Positions 30,041 through 34,839 of a DNA stretch of 34,839 nucleotides are shown here, in pieces. The notes under the pieces were generated by a model. That model made no database searches, was not told the origin of the DNA, and saw nothing but the letters and a program-made list of their open reading frames with translations. Position 1 is the first letter of the stretch, and each line of letters begins with the position of its first letter. Source of the DNA: Candidatus Nomurabacteria bacterium (GTDB lineage Bacteria > Patescibacteriota > Minisyncoccia > Phycocordibacterales > PALSA-1337); NCBI GenBank assembly GCA_943349555.1, contig CALQZK010000001.1, positions 1 through 34,839 on the forward strand, in the 5' to 3' direction. A program made the position numbers and the translations under genes.

Positions 30041-30112
30041 TTGCGGAGGCCGGAATTGCACCGGCTACCTTCAGGTTATGAGCCTGACGAGCAACTGTTA
30101 CTCTTCTCCGCT
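30041..30112 (-). tRNA. tRNA-Met(CAT), initiator-like
   Basis: A1:A72 mismatch, A11:T24, two G:C pairs closing the anticodon stem (TCAGG/CCTGA), loop CTCATAA and T loop TGCAATT. Length is 72 nt. Confidence 0.7.
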
Positions 30113-30159
30113 ATGGGGTAAATAATAACATCTTGCGTGACAGAAAGCAAATCCTATGT

Positions 30160-30759
30160 CTAGTGTGAAATATGATAAAACTCCTCAAATACCTGTCTGT
30201 AGAGGCCAATAACCCTCCTTGCCTCTATCTGGTTAAGAGCGAAGCCGGAGCCGTCATGAGCTATCCTATTGCGTATGCCATGTGCCTCTCCTGCCTGCTC
30301 CAAGGTCTTGAAGTCCCCTTTCTCCACCCGGCGAAGCCTTTCCCCTATTCCCTCCCCTCTGTATCCAAGCTTCACCAAGAGGTCTTCCAACATGATATCC
30401 GCCTCGATGATAGCCTGCCTCCAGTCATTCTCATTAGCAGAATCCATATGCTCCATCACCTTCCTCCATCTCACAGTCATTCCTTCATCTCCTTGCTTGG
30501 CGACGACAGCTTGATTGTCAGTAAATGCTGGTTCAACTTTTGTATTATATTTCTCCTCCTCTTTCGCACGAATTTTCTTCAAGCTTTCCACCGCGATGAC
30601 TATTCCCAGAAGAAGCAAAATGGATAGGGGAATAGAAATGCCGATTATAATTCCCATAAAGGATTTCAATCCGGCAACAAAAGACGGAAAATTTTCTATA
30701 ATATATGCAGATGACTTTTCGAAATAATATTGAAGATCAATTTGTGGCGCTGATATCAT
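30160..30759 (-). CDS. Hypothetical membrane protein with a C-terminal helical domain carrying an Rx4H motif
   Basis: One TM helix near the N-terminus. The C-terminal EAHGIRNRIAHDGSG (R-x4-H) resembles HEPN/DUF4145-type motifs. This is a weak call. Confidence 0.45.
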   Translation of the reverse strand: MISAPQIDLQYYFEKSSAYIIENFPSFVAGLKSFMGIIIGISIPLSILLLLGIVIAVESLKKIRAKEEEKYNTKVEPAFTDNQAVVAKQGDEGMTVRWRKVMEHMDSANENDWRQAIIEADIMLEDLLVKLGYRGEGIGERLRRVEKGDFKTLEQAGEAHGIRNRIAHDGSGFALNQIEARRVIGLYRQVFEEFYHISH

Positions 30760-30782
30760 ATTATAATATAATTATATTATTA

Positions 30783-32198
30783 TTACTCAATTTCTCCCAG
30801 AAAATCTTTTCCCGCTTCGAAGAGGGTTTTCTCATCTCCATGTCTAGCCGTCAGTTGAATACCAAGTGGAAGTTTTTTACCATCAACCTCTTCAATACCA
30901 GCAGGAATCGACATAGCCGGCATACCGGTAAGATTTTCAGTAACAGTAAAGATATCTTCAAGATACATTGCCACAGGATCAGAAGTCCTCTCTCCGATTT
31001 TGAAAGCCGGTCCCGGAGTAGTCGGTGTAAGTATTATATCAACTTTTTGAAAAGCTTTCAGGAAATCTTGGGTGAGAACCTTACGAAGAGCGATCGCCCT
31101 GTTGTAGTAAGCATCATAATATCCAGATGAAAGTACGTAGGTTCCCAATAGAATTCTCCTTCTAACCTCTTTACCGAAGCCTTTTCCACGGGTCAGAAAA
31201 TAATCCTCAATGCCATCTTTCCCTCCTTCATGAAGTCCGTATCTGACTCCGTCGAAGCGGGATAAGTTGGAAGAAGCCTCGGCGAAGTTAATTATGTAAT
31301 AAATGGGAATGGCACTCGCCGCTTTTTCCAGCTCAATTTCACACACCTCATATCCAAGAGACTTAAACTTTTCCACATTTTTTTTAAATAAAGGAGACTG
31401 CTCAAAGAAAGTTGGGATTCCGATGATTGGTTTTTTCTGCCCTACTCTTTGAGATTCATATGTATCTTCAGCAATGGTCGTGCTGTCTAGAGGATCCTGT
31501 CCATGGATTGCTTTGAAAATTATTTCCGTATCCTCTACAGTCTTTCCAAATGGCCCAATTTGATCCAAAGAAGATCCAAGAGACATTACTCCATAGCGAG
31601 AAACAGAACCGTAAGTAGGCTTGAGACCTACCAGTCCACAGAATGCCGCAGGCTCTCGCACCGACCCGCCTGTATCAGAGCCTAGAGCCGCAAGCGCTCC
31701 ATCCATAGCAACAGCTGCAGCCGAACCTCCAGAAGATCCGCCAGCTACCCTTTCAATATCATGTGGATTTTTCGTCACTCCGAAAGCAGAATTTTCAGTA
31801 GATCCCCCCATAGCAAATTCATCCATATTTGCCCTGCCGAGAAAAACTGCTCCCTCTTTTTTTAACTTACCAATTGCGGTCGCATTATATGTTGCCTCAT
31901 ACCCTTCGAGAATTTTCGAAGCTGAACTTGCCTCTCTTCCTTTTATTAAAATATTATCTTTTATGGCAAAAGGTATACCTGTCAGTATCGTACCCTTGCC
32001 ATCTCTTATCATTTCATCTGCTTTCTGGGCTTGCTCCAGGACATCATCGTAGACTTCCAGATAAGCGTTTATTTCTTTATTTTTCTTGGAAATAACATCT
32101 AGGTACTCCTGTGCCAGTTCCACAGCAGAAAATTCTCCTTTTTTCATAGCTTCGTGAGCTTTCTTTATTGTAAGGGTTGCCAAGTCTATCTTTGTCAT
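30783..32198 (-). CDS. gatA: Glutamyl/aspartyl-tRNA amidotransferase subunit A
   Basis: Amidase signature GGSSGGSAAAVA...GSDTGGSVR. The length and termini are typical of GatA. Confidence 0.92.
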   Translation of the reverse strand: MTKIDLATLTIKKAHEAMKKGEFSAVELAQEYLDVISKKNKEINAYLEVYDDVLEQAQKADEMIRDGKGTILTGIPFAIKDNILIKGREASSASKILEGYEATYNATAIGKLKKEGAVFLGRANMDEFAMGGSTENSAFGVTKNPHDIERVAGGSSGGSAAAVAMDGALAALGSDTGGSVREPAAFCGLVGLKPTYGSVSRYGVMSLGSSLDQIGPFGKTVEDTEIIFKAIHGQDPLDSTTIAEDTYESQRVGQKKPIIGIPTFFEQSPLFKKNVEKFKSLGYEVCEIELEKAASAIPIYYIINFAEASSNLSRFDGVRYGLHEGGKDGIEDYFLTRGKGFGKEVRRRILLGTYVLSSGYYDAYYNRAIALRKVLTQDFLKAFQKVDIILTPTTPGPAFKIGERTSDPVAMYLEDIFTVTENLTGMPAMSIPAGIEEVDGKKLPLGIQLTARHGDEKTLFEAGKDFLGEIE

Positions 32199-32218
32199 AT
32201 TGAGAGTAACTATATCAT

Positions 32219-32258
32219 AAAAAAACGGGCCGCACTGTCATTATGAAGTGCAAGCCCG
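32219..32258 (-). terminator. Intrinsic terminator after the small ORF / 16S unit
   Basis: The minus strand reads CGGGCTTGCAC-loop-GTGCGGCCCG followed by seven T residues. Confidence 0.6.
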
Positions 32259-32281
32259 ATCTTTATGGTTTGGCTCTACTT

Positions 32282-32503
32282 TTAGAGAGCCAATCCCATT
32301 AACAACATGAACCCGAGGATGGCTAGTACCACTGCCATTACGGCATACTGGGTAGCCCTCCACACTAATTTTCCTAATATCTTCCAGTTCTCCCAGCTGG
32401 AATTTTTTTCTAAGATTTCGTTGCATTTCGTCAGTAGAGTATTCAGTTCCCTGAATATTTCAACTCTCTGGCGCCGTCCATGATTAAAGACACGCATATT
32501 CAT
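32282..32503 (-). CDS. Small tail-anchored hypothetical protein (73 aa)
   Basis: It has its own promoter-like element and terminator, and a C-terminal hydrophobic helix AVMAVVLAILGFMLLMGLAL. Confidence 0.45.
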   Translation of the reverse strand: MNMRVFNHGRRQRVEIFRELNTLLTKCNEILEKNSSWENWKILGKLVWRATQYAVMAVVLAILGFMLLMGLAL

Positions 32504-32512
32504 ACCATTACA

Positions 32513-32541
32513 ATCCTATCACGTATAGGATAAATAGTCAA
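32513..32541 (-). promoter_or_regulatory. Sigma-70-type promoter TTGACT-17-TAGGAT, 9 nt before the small-ORF ATG
   Basis: On the minus strand the -35 is at 32536..32541, the -10 at 32513..32518, and the ATG at 32503. Confidence 0.45.
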
Positions 32542-32560
32542 TACCATCCTCTATTTTGTT

Positions 32561-32613
32561 CCGTTCATCCGGTCGAAGGCTCTATAGAGGCCTTCCACCT
32601 GTGCCCTTTCTCT
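32561..32613 (-). other. Short segment resembling the extreme 5' end of 23S rRNA
   Basis: The minus strand reads AGAAAGGGCACAGGTGGAAGGCC...CCGGATGAACGGAAC. The typical bacterial 23S start, recalled from memory, is AGAAAGGGCGCACGGTGGATGCC...GCCGATGAAGGACG. No further 23S sequence follows. Confidence 0.35.
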
Positions 32614-32736
32614 CGCGGGCTGAGTGTTCACTTTTGAGATGTAGAACAATAATCTTTGCGCATTTCCCGCCTACTGGCGGTCAATGCAAATCGACGCGGT
32701 AAGATAATGATCTAAAAGATCAAAATCGTAGATTCA

Positions 32737-34345
32737 ATTTGAAATAATCCACGAGCAGCTTCCGCTACCCGTGCCTTGTTACGACTTACTCCCTGTTATT
32801 GAGCTTACCTTAGGCCGCAGTAAATGCGGATTTCGGGTACTCCCAACTCCCTTGAGTTGACGGGCGGTGAGTACAAGACTCGAGAACGTATTCACCGCAG
32901 TATAGCTGACCTGCGATTACTAGCGATTCCAACTTCATGGAGTCGAGTTTCAGACTCCAATCCGAACTGGGGCTATTTTTATGGATTTGCTCCACATTGC
33001 TGTCTTGCATCCCATTGTAATAGCCATTGTATCACGTGTGTAGCCCAGGGTATCAAAGGGACATGCTGATCTGGCGTCATCCTCCCCTTCCTCCCAGCCC
33101 GAAACGAACAACGTTCGTTTCGAAGTAGAAAGATAAAAGTAAAAAGTTTTAAAGTAAGGAAAAATTTGCAAAGCAAATTTTTCCCACTCCGTACTTTCAA
33201 CTCTCAACTTTCAACTCGAAACGCGTTCCGCGTTTTGGGCTGGGCAGTCTCGTGTGACACTTGTAACACACGATGAGGGTTTCGCTCGTTTCCCCACTTA
33301 AGGGAACAACTCAAGCCACGAGCTGACGACGACCATGCATCACCTGCTGAACAGTCTTGCGAGGGCTCCAGTTTCTTGGAGCTTTCAGTTCAGTTTCAAA
33401 CCCTGGTAAGGTTCTTCGTTTATCATCGAATTAAACCACATGATCCACCGCTTGTGCGAGTCCCCGTCTATTCCTTTGAGTTTTAATCTTGCGATCGTAT
33501 TTCCCAGGCGGTTCATTTAACGCGTTAGCTACGCCACACAGAGGGTCGATACTCCGTATAGCTAATGAACATCGTTTAGGGCATGGACTACTGGGGTATC
33601 TAATCCCATTCGCTACCCACGCTTTCGTGCCTCAGTGTCAATAATGTGCCAGTGTGCTGCCTTCGCATTTGGTGTTCCCCTAGATATCAACGGATTTCAC
33701 CCCTACACCTAGAGTTCCGCACACCTCTCACATATTCAAGCATTGCCGTTTCGTATGCCGCCCCCGGGTTGAGCCCGGGTCTTTGACATACGACTAACAA
33801 CGCCACCTACGCACCCTTTACGCCCAGTGATTCCGGATAACGCTTGAGGCCTCTGTATTACCGCTGCTGCTGGCACAGAGTTAGCAGCCTCTTATTCATG
33901 TGCTAACATCAATTACTTTCTCACACATAAAAGGTTTTTACACCCCGAAGGGCTTCATCAACCACGCGGCGTCGCTCCCTCACACTTTCGTGCATTGGGG
34001 AAGTTTCTTGACTGCAGCCACCCGTAGGTGTTTGGACCGTGTCGCAGTTCCAATGGTGGGGGTCAGCCTCTCAGCTCCCCTAGGCGTCATCGTCTTGGTA
34101 GGCCGTTACCCTACCAACTAACTGATACCTCGCAGGCCGTTCTAGAAGCGATAAATCTTTACTCTTTCGAGACCATCGTGTATTAGCCCACCTTTCGATG
34201 GGTTGTTCACGACTTCTAGGTACGTTCCCACGTGTTACTACCCCGTTTGCCACTGTTCATATATAAATATAAGAACCGTTTGACTTGCATGCCTTATCCA
34301 CGCCGCCAGCGTTCATCCTGAGCTAGGATCAAACTCTACTAAAGA
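32737..34345 (-). rRNA. rrs: 16S rRNA gene (ends approximate) with a 136-nt insertion in helix 40
   Basis: On the minus strand: AGAGTTTGATCCTAGCTCAG near 34337, GTGCCAGCAGCAGCGGTAA, GGATTAGATACCCCAGTAGTCC, CTTGTACTCACCGCCCGTCA, and AAGTCGTAACAAGG followed by helix 45 with a GGAA loop. Confidence 0.95.
33101..33236 (-). other. Structured 136-nt insertion / expansion segment in the 16S helix 40 loop
   Basis: It is flanked by CCCAGCCC (33093..33100) and GGGCTGGG (33237..33244), where helix 40 normally closes on a tetraloop. It contains three perfect hairpins and no ORF. Confidence 0.8.
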
Positions 34346-34577
34346 ATTCCGGAGAACATTGTTCTCGGTTTATTCTCATAGAACGAAACAAAAGAAATTA
34401 CAATCTCAATTTGTTTCGAACTTTAATTCTAATTACTATAACTGGTTTGTTATGGTTCGTATTATTTTCTGTTGACAAGGAGCTTACCCGGCTGCTGTCA
34501 GAATCATCTGGAGCAAAAGAAAACCTGATCTGGAGTCGTCCAGAGGAAAAGTTCTCTGCGTACCTGTAAGCTGGGAG

Positions 34578-34607
34578 ATTCTAGCAGAAAGGCTATAGAA
34601 CTGTCAA
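34578..34607 (-). promoter_or_regulatory. Candidate 16S promoter TTGACA-18-TAGAAT
   Basis: On the minus strand the -35 is at 34602..34607 and the -10 at 34578..34583, about 230 nt upstream of the mature 16S 5' end. Confidence 0.5.
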
Positions 34608-34647
34608 CCATCTGTGGATAATGAAAAAAGGCTTGAGAAATAAGGAC

Positions 34648-34688
34648 AAAAAAGGCCTAGGCTCGCAAGGTGAACCTAGACCTTTTTT
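34648..34688. terminator. Bidirectional intrinsic terminator-like hairpin
   Basis: An A6 run, a 12-bp stem with two mismatches (AGGCCTAGGCTC / GAACCTAGACCT), then a T6 run. Confidence 0.5.
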
Positions 34689-34706
34689 GCTTGAGTTGCC
34701 AGTTAC

Positions 34707-34831
34707 AAAATCTTTTCAAAGGGCTCAAGATGCGAGGCGCGGAGGCAGAAAATTTCGAGACGTATAATTATTACGGTGAGAAATTTTCTGCCGAACGCAA
34801 CAAAGCAGATTGGGTTCTTTTAAAAGATTTT
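34707..34831. repeat. Long imperfect foldback at the right window edge
   Basis: The outer 10-bp stem is AAAATCTTTT (34707..34716) with AAAAGATTTT (34822..34831). The inner perfect 13-bp stem is 34744..34756 with 34780..34792. Confidence 0.7.
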
Positions 34832-34839
34832 AATTAACC

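Noticed and set aside
33181-33215. Short tandem repeat (TCAACT x3, CTTTCAAC) that might suggest a CRISPR-like or microsatellite array
   Set aside because: It lies inside the 16S helix 40 insertion and has only three very short units. It is better explained as one strand of a G-U-rich helix. No CRISPR-like repeat-spacer array exists anywhere in the window.
32810-34121. Track ORFs inside the 16S gene (32810..33010, 32824..33069, 32950..33207, 32979..33200, 33900..34121)
   Set aside because: They overlap a clearly identified rRNA gene, and none resembles a homing endonuclease (no LAGLIDADG, GIY-YIG or HNH motifs).

Overview
About 35 kb of AT-rich, tightly packed bacterial chromosome. It is most likely from a Candidate Phyla Radiation / Patescibacteria (Parcubacteria-like) organism. 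That assignment is an inference from three things: a 16S gene with an internal insertion and substitutions at universal primer sites, genes without Shine-Dalgarno sequences, and the gene content.

Ordinary content:
- Housekeeping genes: groES-groEL, secG, RNase J, enolase, gpmA, gatA, cyclophilin, an NrnA-like DHH phosphoesterase, and an ECF sigma factor with a membrane partner.
- Envelope genes: LemA plus a TPM-domain protein, a DedA-PAP2 fusion, an L,D-transpeptidase/DD-carboxypeptidase fusion, a family-5 solute-binding protein, and an MFS transporter.
- One OmpR-type two-component pair plus an orphan histidine kinase.
- Five tRNA genes.
- One 16S rRNA gene on the minus strand that is not followed by a 23S gene.

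Main unusual observations:
1. The left 5.2 kb is an accessory region built from nested GC-rich inverted repeats. A perfect 102-bp inverted repeat pair brackets a self-contained four-gene cassette (C39-like peptidase, two antibiotic-type nucleotidyltransferases, a GT2 glycosyltransferase). Next to it, a perfect 133-bp inverted repeat pair brackets a large serine recombinase gene. The 3' end of that gene is encoded inside the repeat, and its outer end abuts tRNA-Ser(GGA).
2. tRNA-Thr(GGU) is interrupted after anticodon position 36 by a 185-nt element with a group I intron-like core.
3. The tail of the 16S gene aligns as GGAUUAUUUCAAAU instead of GGAUCACCUCCUUA, so it has no anti-SD. Every start region I checked lacks an SD, and many have a -10 box 6-10 nt before the ATG, which looks leaderless.
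4. The 16S gene carries a 136-nt structured insertion in the helix 40 loop.
5. A strongly GC-rich, Arg-rich orphan ORF sits at the 3' side of the intron-containing tRNA.

No CRISPR array, reverse transcriptase, or recognisable defence operon was seen.

All protein calls rest on motif recognition by eye from the supplied translations. No searches were run.
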